In this document: positions 47,995 through 57,606 of the stretch, piece after piece
Layout: each line of letters begins with the position of its first letter
Numbering within the stretch: position 1 is the stretch's first letter
From: Candidatus Cloacimonadales bacterium
GTDB lineage: Bacteria > Cloacimonadota > Cloacimonadia > Cloacimonadales > JAFGVF01
Direction: 5' to 3'
Assembly: GCA_963663475.2 (NCBI GenBank)
Contig: CAXXJV010000001.1
Span: 864,001 to 928,000, forward strand
Length of the DNA stretch: 64,000 nucleotides
Notes under the pieces: generated by a model
The model's input: the letters and a program-made list of their open reading frames with translations, nothing else
Told to the model about the DNA's origin: nothing
Databases searched by the model: none
Position numbers and translations under genes: made by a program

Positions 47995-48717
47995 TATAAA
48001 GATATAATTATTGTTCAAGTCAAAAAAATCTATTAGCTAAAGAACATTCTATAGTTACTTTAGAATGTTACTATTTTTTGACTAAGCTTCGCCCTATGAC
48101 TTACAGAGCTTCTGAAGCACTTTTTATATGTAGTATGCGTTTCTTCCTTGTTTTGGAATTTTTATTGATCTTGATGCACTTAGTATGATTCAAAAAGAAA
48201 GTAAATTTCTTTCCTTGTCAATAAAAAAATGTGTTTTAGAATTTTTTATTCTTTTTTAATAAAATAATCTGCAACTGTAACTTGTGATGGGACTTACTTA
48301 CAGCCGATTTTAACCTAGGTTTAAAAGTACTTGTTGATAATTTTTTATCAGATTTTCTGTTTTTCACAAAAGAAATGAGTAAAAGCTTTTTAATTCTACG
48401 GATATTTTCTATAATATTTAGAAACGCGAAACTAAACTTATAATTGATTCATCTAGGGCAAATTTAATTTGAATTTAAAAACATCTTTTTCATCTTCGTA
48501 GCGATGGTTTAGAAAATCTTGATGTAACTTTCGTGTTGAATTATTTCTCCCTCACATCCCCCGCCAATTATTCCCATTGACAGATTAGAAAAATTATATT
48601 ATTTGATTTATTCTCTAATAAAAGAGTAGTTTTTGTGATTAAGACAACACTTTTCATAACCTTCACCTTTAAGCTACTTAAGTAATTGGAGATAATATTA
48701 AATCAAGGTCTGAACAT

Positions 48718-49230
48718 ATGAACATTAGAGAAGAGGATTTAACTTTAAGAGAGATTCAACCCGCTGATATTCCTGCAATATTAGTCATAGAGGAAGAATT
48801 ATTTTCAGATCCATGGTCTGCAGAAGTTTTTCTAGAAGAAATTGAAAGTAAAAATCTCTTCACTAAGCTAGTACAAGGAAAGGAAAGGTCTTGCAAGCAC
48901 AATTATCTTCTTGAGTATAAGGGAGAAGTTGTGGGATTTTTTCTAGCATGGGCAATTCATGATGAGTATTCAATAATGAATATTGGGGTAACTAAAAGGC
49001 AGCAGAGAAAGGGCTTTGGAACTTATTTATTGACAAAACTGATAGAAATGGCAATTGATTTTGAATGTCTAACTATTTATTTAGAAGTCAGAGCAGGAAA
49101 TAAATCTGCAATAAATTTATATCAAAAGTTTTATTTCCAAGAGATCGGGAGAAGAAAGAATTATTATTCCTCTCCTGTGGAAGATGCCCTAGTTATGAGA
49201 CTTGATTTAGGTATTGAAGGAAAAAGATAG
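48718..49230 (+). CDS. rimI: Ribosomal protein S18-alanine N-acetyltransferase
   Basis: FSDPWS, QRKGFG, LEVRAGNKSAINLY, RRKNYY..PVEDALVM. Confidence 0.93.
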   Translation: MNIREEDLTLREIQPADIPAILVIEEELFSDPWSAEVFLEEIESKNLFTKLVQGKERSCKHNYLLEYKGEVVGFFLAWAIHDEYSIMNIGVTKRQQRKGFGTYLLTKLIEMAIDFECLTIYLEVRAGNKSAINLYQKFYFQEIGRRKNYYSSPVEDALVMRLDLGIEGKR

Positions 49231-49307
49231 ATAAGCTGTTAACTTAAATATTGACATATGCTTCATGTTCAAGGTTAACATATTATGAGAAATTGTAAGA
49301 AGGCAAA

Positions 49308-50906
49308 ATGAAAGATTATGATTATTTAGTGATTGGTAGTGGAATAGCAGGTTTAGTATTTGCTTTAGAAGTATCTAAATACGGCAAGGTAGCTGTAATA
49401 ACTAAGAAAAAGTTAAGAGACTGCAATACAGACTACGCACAAGGTGGAATTGCAGCTGTTTTAAATAAACAAGATTCTTTTGAAGATCATATAAATGATA
49501 CTTACAAGGCAGGGGCTGAGTTAGGTAAAAAGAAGATTATTAGAACTATAGTTGAAGATGGACCTAAGTTAATTCAATATTTAATTGATATAGGAACCCA
49601 GTTCACAGCTAAAGATATATATAGATCAGGTTCCTTAGAGAATTTATCTCTAACTAGAGAAGGTGGTCATTCTCGCCCGAGAGTTGCTTACGCTAAGGAT
49701 TCTACTGGGCATTTAATAATGGATGCTTTAATAGAAAACTGTAGAAAAAATGATAAAATTGACCTTTATGAACACCACCTAGCTGTTGATTTAATTACCC
49801 AGCATCATATCCCTCAACTCGATGAATTTATAGCCGAAATTACCTGTTGGGGTGCCTATGTTATGGATACACAAACCAACAAAATTGAAATTTTCAGAGC
49901 TAAAAAAACTATGTTAGCTACTGGCGGAGCTGGTCAAGTCTATAAACACAATACTAATCCTGATGTCACAACTGGTGATGGAATGGCTATGGCTAAGCTA
50001 GCTGGTGCAAGACTCGCTAATATGGAGTTTATTCAATTCCATCCTACTGCCTTCTATTCTCCTACAGGAAGAACCTTCTTAGTAAGTGAAGCTCTCAGAG
50101 GCGAAGGAGCAGTTTTAAAACTACCTAATGGTCAAACTTTTATGAAAAAGTATCATCCAATGGGGTGTCTTGCTCCTAGAGATATTGTCTCTAGGGCTAT
50201 TGAGCGTGAATTAAAACGCTCAGGTGATAAGTATTTATTGTTAGATGCAACAGGTATAGATTCTGAAAAACTTAAGAATCACTTCCCTTATATTAATAAA
50301 AAATGCTTAAAATATGGAATAGACTTCACTAAAGAAGCAATTCCCATAGCACCAGCAGCTCATTACTTCTGTGGTGGTATATTAACATCAATAGATGGAC
50401 AGACAGATATCAAAGGACTTTATGCTGCAGGCGAAGTTGCTTGTACTGGCCTACATGGGGCTAATAGACTTGCTTCTAACTCTCTACTGGAAAGCTTGGT
50501 TATTGCCTATAGGGCTGCCAACTGTAAAGATATTCAAGAAGATGTTTGCTTCCCTGAATTTTCTCAATGGCATGATTTAGGTGAGTTTAATGAGAACGAG
50601 TGGGTTATTATTGCTAACAATAGAGAGATTATAGGGACTATAATGCAGGGTTATGTGGGAATAATTAGATCAAGAAGATTACTTAAGTATGCTCTTTCCA
50701 GATTAGAAAATATTTATAAAGAGATCAACAATTTTTACCAACATAATTCAGTTAGAAAAGAAGTTATTGAGACTAGGAATATTGCTATTATAGCCCAAAC
50801 CATCGTTGAATCAGCTCTCATGCGTAAGGAGAGTCGTGGAGCTCATTATGTCATTGATTATCCAGAAAGAGATGAAATTAAATTTAAGAAAGATACTATA
50901 GTATAA
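49308..50906 (+). CDS. nadB: L-aspartate oxidase
   Basis: GSGIAGL, YAQGGIAAV, EGGHS, QFHPT, HYFCGG, GLHGANRLASNSLLE, ESRGAH. Confidence 0.96.
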   Translation: MKDYDYLVIGSGIAGLVFALEVSKYGKVAVITKKKLRDCNTDYAQGGIAAVLNKQDSFEDHINDTYKAGAELGKKKIIRTIVEDGPKLIQYLIDIGTQFTAKDIYRSGSLENLSLTREGGHSRPRVAYAKDSTGHLIMDALIENCRKNDKIDLYEHHLAVDLITQHHIPQLDEFIAEITCWGAYVMDTQTNKIEIFRAKKTMLATGGAGQVYKHNTNPDVTTGDGMAMAKLAGARLANMEFIQFHPTAFYSPTGRTFLVSEALRGEGAVLKLPNGQTFMKKYHPMGCLAPRDIVSRAIERELKRSGDKYLLLDATGIDSEKLKNHFPYINKKCLKYGIDFTKEAIPIAPAAHYFCGGILTSIDGQTDIKGLYAAGEVACTGLHGANRLASNSLLESLVIAYRAANCKDIQEDVCFPEFSQWHDLGEFNENEWVIIANNREIIGTIMQGYVGIIRSRRLLKYALSRLENIYKEINNFYQHNSVRKEVIETRNIAIIAQTIVESALMRKESRGAHYVIDYPERDEIKFKKDTIV

Positions 50907-50977
50907 TCCCAAATAAAGCAGTAGATCTTTGATAATATGCAATCTACTCTAAAGCTCTACCGCACCATTGGGGTTAA
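50904..50977 (+). mobile_element. MITE family A, internally deleted (ends only)
   Basis: TAATCCCAAATAAAGCAGTAGATCTTTG...AAAGCTCTACCGCACCATTGGGGTTAA. Confidence 0.75.
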
Positions 50978-51032
50978 TAGATAATTGACTAATTTAGTTA
51001 ATCAAGATGGAAAAAAATAAACAGGAAGAAAT

Positions 51033-51671
51033 ATGAAAAGAGGCTTATTTATAACCTTTGAGGGAATAGAGGGTTGTGGTAAAAGTACACAGACCAAAGC
51101 CCTAGCAGATTATTTTGCAGAAAATAATTTGCCTTTTATAGTAACCAGAGAGCCAGGTGGTACGTTAATATCTGAAAAGATAAGAGAAATTCTACTTGAT
51201 AATGAAAACCATGAGATGAACCCTGAAACAGAACTACTTCTCTATATGGCAAGTCGAAGTCAACATACTGCTACTAAGATAATACCTGCCTTAGAGTCTG
51301 GTAACCATGTAATTTGTGATAGGTATTATGATTCTACTCTTGCTTATCAGGGAGCAGCTAGGGAGTTAGACACAGAGTTTATAGACTTGTTAATAGATTT
51401 TGCTACCTATTCAACATCGCCTGATTTAACTTTTCTTTTAGATATCTCAGTCGAAGAAAGTGAAAAGAGGATTTGCCATCGGGGTAAGGATAGAATGGAG
51501 CAAGAATCTAAAGAATTTCATCAAAAAGTAAGAAAAGAATTTTTAAATCTTGCAAAAAAATATAGTAATAGATATATTGTTATTGACGGACTGCAAAGTC
51601 CTGAAATAATAGCAGATATGATTAAACACGTAATTAAAGAAAAAATGGATGGTGAAAATGAAACTAAATAA
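51033..51671 (+). CDS. tmk: Thymidylate kinase
   Basis: FITFEGIEGCGKST, TREPGG, CDRY..STLAYQG. Confidence 0.97.
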   Translation: MKRGLFITFEGIEGCGKSTQTKALADYFAENNLPFIVTREPGGTLISEKIREILLDNENHEMNPETELLLYMASRSQHTATKIIPALESGNHVICDRYYDSTLAYQGAARELDTEFIDLLIDFATYSTSPDLTFLLDISVEESEKRICHRGKDRMEQESKEFHQKVRKEFLNLAKKYSNRYIVIDGLQSPEIIADMIKHVIKEKMDGENETK

Positions 51672-53406
51672 TTCAAATAAGATAATTATATTAGTCTTTG
51701 GGATTCTGTGGGTAATATCAAGTCTTATAGCTTATAATAATGCAATTAGTGAAGATAGTGATAAATATATTGATGATATCATAGCCATGGAAGAGGGGAT
51801 GCAAAGTAGCCAATATTATTCTCAAAATAGAGAAGCATCTACTGAATCTACCGCCCCAACAATGCCTGAATTAATAGAAAAAATAGTAACAATTATCCAG
51901 AGATTAGACGCCATCTATGTTGATGAAGTTGATTATGGCCAGCTTATGGAAGATGCTATTAATGGTATGTTAAAAGGACTTGATCCTCATACAACATATT
52001 TTTCTCCAGATGATTTTAAAAATTTTACATCTAGTACCAAGGGAGAATTTGGTGGACTAGGAATTCAAATAGACAAGAAAGGTGATTATATAACTGTTGT
52101 AAGTCCTATTCAAGGTACACCAGCCTATCGTATGGGAATTATGGCTGGCGATATGATTTGGAAGGTTGATGGAGAGGATATTACAGGTATAACTACCGAC
52201 CAATCAATCAAGAAAATGCGTGGTGAAGTTGGTTCTGAGGTAGTCATTACAGTTATTCGTCCAGGAGTTAAAGACCCATTAGAATTTAAAATTGTAAGAG
52301 ATATTATCAAAATCAATAGTATTCCTTATAGTTTTAAGATGGATAATAACGTTGGTTATATTAGAATGTCTCAATTCAACGCTAATACATCTGAAGAATT
52401 AAGTGAATCCTTAGATGCCTTAGAAGAAGAAGGAATTGAAGGATTAATTATAGACTTAAGATTTAATCCTGGTGGACTTCTTTCAGAAGCGATCAATACA
52501 GTGAATGAATTTATCGGTAAAGGTAAGAGGGTTGTTTATACTAAAGGTAGAATTGAATATGCTAATGAAGACTACTTTACCACAAAAGATATTATGCGAC
52601 CTGACTACCCTATAGTTGTTTTAATTAATGAAGCTTCAGCATCTGCCTCTGAAATATTTGCCGGTTCTATGCAAGATTATGATAGAGGACTTGTTGTGGG
52701 TAAGACATCTTTTGGTAAGGGCTCAGTTCAACAGCTATTCCCACTAAGAGATGGTTCAGGAATTAAAATTACAACTTCTCATTATTATATTAATTCTGGA
52801 AGATGTATCCATAAGATCATTAACGATAAACTTTTGAATGGTAAGAAAGTAACTGAAGAAGAAAAAGAAGATATTGATAAATTCAATCATGAACATATTT
52901 ATAAAACAGCTAAAGGTAGAACTGTTTATGGTGGAGGTGGTGTTACTCCTGATATTATCGTTGATGCTGATACCCTCTCTCGTTTTGAATTAGAACTTCG
53001 CAGAAAAAACTTCTTCTTTGATTATGCTGTTGAATATATGTTAGAACATTCTGATGATGTAGAACTTGATTTTAGAGTTAATGATAAAATTTATAATGAT
53101 TTTGTTAGTTTTGTTATTGAAAAAGAAAAACAAGCAAAAGCAGATGAAAAAGAAGATGATGCAAGTATTGCAGCCCTTTCTAACCCTATCGATCTAACCA
53201 ATCCTTCTCCTGAAGATTTGGCCCAAGCTGAAGATTATATAAAACTTACATTGACAAGTGAGATAATAGAAAAGAAATTTGGAAGTCAGGAAGGATACAA
53301 AATTAGAATTGAAATGGATAACCAACTCCAAGAAGCTAAATCCTTATTTGATAAATATGATACCTTAGAAGAGATGTTTGAACATAGTAACATTCAAAAA
53401 AGTTAG
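51649..53406 (+). CDS. ctpA: Carboxy-terminal processing protease (S41, PDZ)
   Basis: LDPHT, FGGLGI, DLRFNPGGLL, SASASEI, SFGKGSVQ; start may be 51658. Confidence 0.93.
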   Translation: MVKMKLNNSNKIIILVFGILWVISSLIAYNNAISEDSDKYIDDIIAMEEGMQSSQYYSQNREASTESTAPTMPELIEKIVTIIQRLDAIYVDEVDYGQLMEDAINGMLKGLDPHTTYFSPDDFKNFTSSTKGEFGGLGIQIDKKGDYITVVSPIQGTPAYRMGIMAGDMIWKVDGEDITGITTDQSIKKMRGEVGSEVVITVIRPGVKDPLEFKIVRDIIKINSIPYSFKMDNNVGYIRMSQFNANTSEELSESLDALEEEGIEGLIIDLRFNPGGLLSEAINTVNEFIGKGKRVVYTKGRIEYANEDYFTTKDIMRPDYPIVVLINEASASASEIFAGSMQDYDRGLVVGKTSFGKGSVQQLFPLRDGSGIKITTSHYYINSGRCIHKIINDKLLNGKKVTEEEKEDIDKFNHEHIYKTAKGRTVYGGGGVTPDIIVDADTLSRFELELRRKNFFFDYAVEYMLEHSDDVELDFRVNDKIYNDFVSFVIEKEKQAKADEKEDDASIAALSNPIDLTNPSPEDLAQAEDYIKLTLTSEIIEKKFGSQEGYKIRIEMDNQLQEAKSLFDKYDTLEEMFEHSNIQKS

Positions 53407-53415
53407 AGGATATAT

Positions 53416-54030
53416 ATGGATAAACAATTAGAAAATATGCTGATCTATATTGTTGATGACGACCCAATAAACCTTAGATTAATTAAGGCAATTCTGAATC
53501 AACATGGATTCTATAATCTTACTTTGCTTAATAATGGTAATGAATTATTAGCCAGTATGGAAAAGAATAAACCAGATATTTTACTCCTGGATATTATGAT
53601 GCCAGAGTTAAGTGGTTATGATATTCTGGAAATAGTAAAACAAAGAAATGTCTGGAAACATATTCCTGTAATTGTTATTACTGCTCTTCCTCTAGCTGAT
53701 GAAATGAAACCATTGAAAAAGTCTTTTAATCTAGGAGCTATGGATTATATTAGCAAACCATTCAATCATGTAGAACTTATGTTAAGGGTTAAATCTGCTC
53801 TTAAATTAGAGTATCAAAGACAGCAACTAGAAGAGACTTTAGACAGGATTAGAAACTTGGAAAAAATGATTTCTATTTGCTCTTATTGCAAGAAAGTAAG
53901 AGTTGATGAAACTCAGTGGCAAGACTTAGAACTTTATGTTAGTGAACATACTGATACCCAGTTTAGTCACAGCATTTGCCCAAACTGTTATGAAAATGTT
54001 GTCAAACCTGAAATGGAAGAAGATGAATAG
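53416..54030 (+). CDS. Response regulator receiver protein with C-terminal Cys/His-rich tail
   Basis: IVDDD, LLDIMMP, DYISKP; ICSYCKKVR...SHSICPNC. Confidence 0.9.
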   Translation: MDKQLENMLIYIVDDDPINLRLIKAILNQHGFYNLTLLNNGNELLASMEKNKPDILLLDIMMPELSGYDILEIVKQRNVWKHIPVIVITALPLADEMKPLKKSFNLGAMDYISKPFNHVELMLRVKSALKLEYQRQQLEETLDRIRNLEKMISICSYCKKVRVDETQWQDLELYVSEHTDTQFSHSICPNCYENVVKPEMEEDE

Positions 54031-54060
54031 TGAAAACTAGCTAGATAACAAATATTTATG

Positions 54061-54094
54061 GGGCGTATAGGTTAATACGCCCTTTACTTTTTTT
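54061..54094 (+). terminator. Rho-independent terminator
   Basis: GGGCGTAT-AGGTTA-ATACGCCC followed by a T-rich tail. Confidence 0.8.
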
Positions 54095-54291
54095 AACCCA
54101 ATAATGCAGTAGACCTTTGTTAAACCCAAAATAATGCAGTAGACCTTTGCGAATAGCACTATCTTCTTTTGCAAAAGTAAGCTACATAATTTTCAGGAAT
54201 ATATATATTATATGCCTTCAAATTCTGTAACTTATTTTGCTAAAAGAATCTAGCACTCTTCATCAAAGTTCTACTGCACCATTCGGGTTAA
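54093..54291 (+). mobile_element. MITE family A: left-end fragment (54093-54119) plus full short copy (54120-54291)
   Basis: Duplicated TTAACCC...GACCTTTG left end; right end CAAAGTTCTACTGCACCATTCGGGTTAA. Confidence 0.9.
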
Positions 54292-54363
54292 AAAAAATGA
54301 AGGGAATAAAATTTTTATTGCAGGAAAGTGTAGTTATGTAAGTCTTAAATTATAGGAGAGAGT

Positions 54364-54873
54364 ATGAGTAGAGATAAATTCGAAGATATAGTCAAAGAAT
54401 TCACTCCTAAATTATATAACTATATACTGAAATTCGTGAGGCAAAGAGAAGATGCTGAAGATGTTTTACAAGGTGTCTTCATTGCTTTTTATAGTAAAAT
54501 GGAAGGTATTGAAAGTGAGAAAGTATCTTCTTACCTCTATAGAGCATGTCATAATAACTCTTTAGACTTTCTCAAGAAGAATAAAAGAGTGATTTCTTTT
54601 CCTAACCTGGATTTTAGCAACCTAGAAGATATGGGAAGTGAAGAAAAAGAAGACCTATATAAAGATATTATAAAATATGCTATGACTGAGATACCTGCTA
54701 AGATGTCTCTTCTTATAGAAATGAAGATATATCAAAAGAAATCTTATAAAGAGATAGCCCAAGAAACTGGTTTATCAATCAAGGCTATTGAAAGCCAGTT
54801 AGTTCGCGCAAAGAAGAAATTAAGAAAGATTATTGAGAAAAAAGCAAAAAGTGATTTAGGAATCATTTTGTAA
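54364..54873 (+). CDS. ECF RNA polymerase sigma factor
   Basis: DAEDVLQ.VF, SYLYR..HN, SYKEIA..TG.S..AIESQLVRAKKKL. Confidence 0.92.
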   Translation: MSRDKFEDIVKEFTPKLYNYILKFVRQREDAEDVLQGVFIAFYSKMEGIESEKVSSYLYRACHNNSLDFLKKNKRVISFPNLDFSNLEDMGSEEKEDLYKDIIKYAMTEIPAKMSLLIEMKIYQKKSYKEIAQETGLSIKAIESQLVRAKKKLRKIIEKKAKSDLGIIL

Positions 54874-54898
54874 GTTACTTCTTAAAGTGGGAGGAAGT

Positions 54899-55300
54899 AT
54901 GAAAGATGAAAGATTGATTAATAGATATTTAGATGGAGAAACTAGTCCTCAAGAAACTAGTTATGTGGAGAATAGACTAGCTCAAGATAAGGACTTTGCT
55001 AAAGTCTTTGCTAAATTTCAAGAGGTGGATAAATTACTTAACAAGGTTAGTAATGATATCGTTCCAGAAGATATTGCTAAGAGGGTTCTAAATTCTGTAA
55101 AATACCAGGTTAAGCCTTTGCCATTCTATAGAAAATATGCCCCAGCCTTAGTAGGTTCAATGATGAGTTTTGTCTTAGGTATCTTATTTACTAGTCTCCT
55201 TATTACTAGTCCAGAAGCAAAACTTGAGAATAATGCTAGCAGTAACCTCTATTCTACCTTAGAAATTGATGATGTTATTGACTACTATTATGGAGATTAA
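54899..55300 (+). CDS. Anti-sigma factor (single TM)
   Basis: LINRYLDGET...VENRL; TM; directly downstream of the ECF sigma gene. Confidence 0.8.
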   Translation: MKDERLINRYLDGETSPQETSYVENRLAQDKDFAKVFAKFQEVDKLLNKVSNDIVPEDIAKRVLNSVKYQVKPLPFYRKYAPALVGSMMSFVLGILFTSLLITSPEAKLENNASSNLYSTLEIDDVIDYYYGD

Positions 55301-55309
55301 GGAGGCTTT

Positions 55310-55861
55310 ATGAAGATTAGTAAAAAGATCTGGTTTTATGTAGTGTTTCCTATTATTTTTGCTTTTAATATTGCTGTTGTAGGAACTTTGATCTATTTTT
55401 TCTTATCACATAGAATTGTTATTGAAGATATTAGACCTGAAGAAACTCTACTACATTTTAGAGATATGAGAGAAGAACGACCAGAAATTCATGCCAAATA
55501 CAGAGAAACTATCAGACCTCTTAATGAAAAGAATAGAGACTTACGGCTTAAGTTCATGAGTGAATTAACAAAGAGTGAACCAGATTATGAATTCTTGCAA
55601 GATTTAAACAAGCAGATCCAAGAAATTACAAAAGAAATTAGCCAAAACTTCTATGCTGAAATGATTGAAACAAGAAAGACTTTAAATCCTGAACAAGCCA
55701 GAAAACTCTATGGCTATCACCTACAAATGATGAAGAGAAAATTTAACTTAGACGCAAAAGAAGCTGAAATTGGTTTTGGATATCATGGTAACCAAGGTAT
55801 GCAAGCCAATCCTAGGCAAGGCAGAATGAGAAGAAATTACGATAAGTATGAAGATGACTAA
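55310..55861 (+). CDS. Periplasmic heavy-metal sensor / Spy-CpxP-like protein
   Basis: FNIAVVG N-terminal TM, helical body, LNPEQ motif. Confidence 0.7.
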   Translation: MKISKKIWFYVVFPIIFAFNIAVVGTLIYFFLSHRIVIEDIRPEETLLHFRDMREERPEIHAKYRETIRPLNEKNRDLRLKFMSELTKSEPDYEFLQDLNKQIQEITKEISQNFYAEMIETRKTLNPEQARKLYGYHLQMMKRKFNLDAKEAEIGFGYHGNQGMQANPRQGRMRRNYDKYEDD

Positions 55862-55924
55862 AATGCAATTCAGTAATTAATTATGCATTTTAAAGTCATG
55901 AGTGTGTTATTTGAACAGAAGTAA

Positions 55925-55953
55925 TTGACTAAATTAGTATGTTACATTATAGT
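55925..55953 (+). promoter_or_regulatory. Putative sigma70 promoter
   Basis: TTGACT-N17-TATAGT. Confidence 0.5.
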
Positions 55954-56036
55954 ATTAATGTGTGATTTAGAAATATGATAATGTGCTTTCCCAATTGTAA
56001 TTTATGAATTGCAATAAAAAGTGACGAACTTCTAGT

Positions 56037-56061
56037 AAAACTCCCGAAAGGGAGTTTTTTT
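56037..56061 (+). terminator. Rho-independent terminator
   Basis: AAAACTCCC-GAAA-GGGAGTTTTTTT. Confidence 0.85.
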
Positions 56062-56155
56062 GTTTTTTAGATATCCTGCAACAGGGCTTAATCCAAAATA
56101 GGGTAATATAATTTTAGCCCAAAGTAATGAAAAAATATTATTCAGATTCTTGTAG

Positions 56156-56234
56156 CATCCTTATTCCTTCCTTTACAGTCTTTCGATGAAAGTCCGACTT
56201 TCATCGAAAGACTGTAAAGGAAGGAATAAGGATG
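56156..56234. repeat. 79-bp palindrome, copy 2 (39-bp perfect arms, 1-nt centre)
   Basis: CATCCTTATTCCTTCCTTTACAGTCTTTCGATGAAAGTC-C-reverse complement. Confidence 0.95.
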
Positions 56235-56250
56235 GAAAGGCAATAAATGT

Positions 56251-56496
56251 TAAAAGAATCTAGTAATCTTTACCTGTGATACTTAGCTTTTGCGAAGTAT
56301 TATCAAAGTTATACTGTACCATTCAGGTTAAACCCAATAATGCAGTAGACCTTTGCGAATAGCACTATCTTCTTTTGCAAAAGTAAGCTACATAATTTTC
56401 AGGAATATATATATTATATGCCTTCAAATTCTGTAACTTATTTTGCTAAAAGAATCTAGCACTCTTCATCAAAGTTCTACTGCACCATTCGGTTAA
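56251..56496 (+). mobile_element. MITE family A: 3' fragment of long form (56251-56331) plus full short copy (56328-56496)
   Basis: The two copies share a TTAA junction; the full copy is nearly identical to 54120-54291. Confidence 0.9.
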
Positions 56497-56946
56497 AATA
56501 ATGGCTCTACTTTCAATTCTGCACACATCTTCACAAATTTTTACAGAAAAGCCTTGTCTATTTAGTAGATTAATACAAATCTAATCCAGTAGAGGATTTC
56601 TTATTTTTTACTCCTTTAGGTGTAGTGATTTTGAGGATATTTAATGTTGAAATTCTCTCAACTTTGTTTTATTTTTTTCCAAAAACCCACTCTACTTTGG
56701 AGAGAGCCTTATCTATATGGTGTCTATTAGTTATAAAGCTAATAGAAAAGTGATGCCCCTCCCAAAGAGGCCTAATAGAGTACCAATAGACCGTAAAGGA
56801 AATTTGTGGCAGGTTTTGAGCAACTTTCGCTCCTTTTCTGGTAAGCATATTTTATTTTCTTAACATTTGCAGACCAATAAATCTAAGTTTATCTCTATGT
56901 CCTAACTGCTTAATAATTCATATTTTAATCATAAAGAAAAAAAATA

Positions 56947-57280
56947 TTGACAGAAAAGCAGGGACAGAAAAAAATGCAAAAAAAGGCACACTCTCTTCAA
57001 GAGAGGCAGAGCAAAAGCTAGCTAAGATAGCTTGTAGATCTTTGTGATAAGCGGACGAGGAACGCTTTGAAACGCATATAGTTGGACACTATGCGCATGT
57101 TTGCATAGTCTGTGGACAAGTACATCTTTTGTACGGTCAGATATTCATGTAGCAAATACCTCGAACGCGTAAAAAATTTAAGAAGTTGAATACAATTTTA
57201 CAAATTCAAATAAAAATAACAAACAACATTATAAGAAAAATACAGATATATTTATAGATCCACTATAAATGGAGGAATCC
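56947..57280 (+). promoter_or_regulatory. S10 operon promoter and long structured 5' leader
   Basis: TTGACA at 56947 (weak -10 AAAAAT); several hairpins 56991-57168. Confidence 0.55.
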
Positions 57281-57604
57281 GTGAGTAAAGATAATAAAAT
57301 CAGAATTAAACTCAAAGCTTATGATCATCGTCTGTTGGATCAATCTGTACAAGAAATCATTCATAGCACTAGAAATACAGGTGCTAAGATTGTTGGTCCT
57401 ATTCCATTGCCAACAGAAAGATCATTGTACACAATTTTAAGATCTCCACACGTTAATAAAAAAGCACAAGACCAATATCAAATGTTAGTGCATAAAAGAT
57501 TGGTGGACATAGTTAATCCTACTCCGCAAACAACAGCAGCTCTTAAAAAAATGAGTTTGCCAGCGGGTGTTCATGTGGAAATTAAAGCAACACAAAGGAG
57601 CTAA
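57281..57604 (+). CDS. rpsJ: 30S ribosomal protein S10
   Basis: [32 protein letters not shown] start behind GGAGG. Confidence 0.98.
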   Translation: MSKDNKIRIKLKAYDHRLLDQSVQEIIHSTRNTGAKIVGPIPLPTERSLYTILRSPHVNKKAQDQYQMLVHKRLVDIVNPTPQTTAALKKMSLPAGVHVEIKATQRS

Positions 57605-57606
57605 GG

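Noticed and set aside
48019-48717. ~700-bp intergenic region as a pseudogene or att site
   Set aside because: Only short stop-riddled frames; no recognisable homology or direct repeat with the left boundary.
49237-49280. Imperfect palindrome upstream of nadB as a NAD-regulon operator
   Set aside because: Does not clearly match NrtR, NiaR or Rex consensus; AT-rich chance matches are likely.
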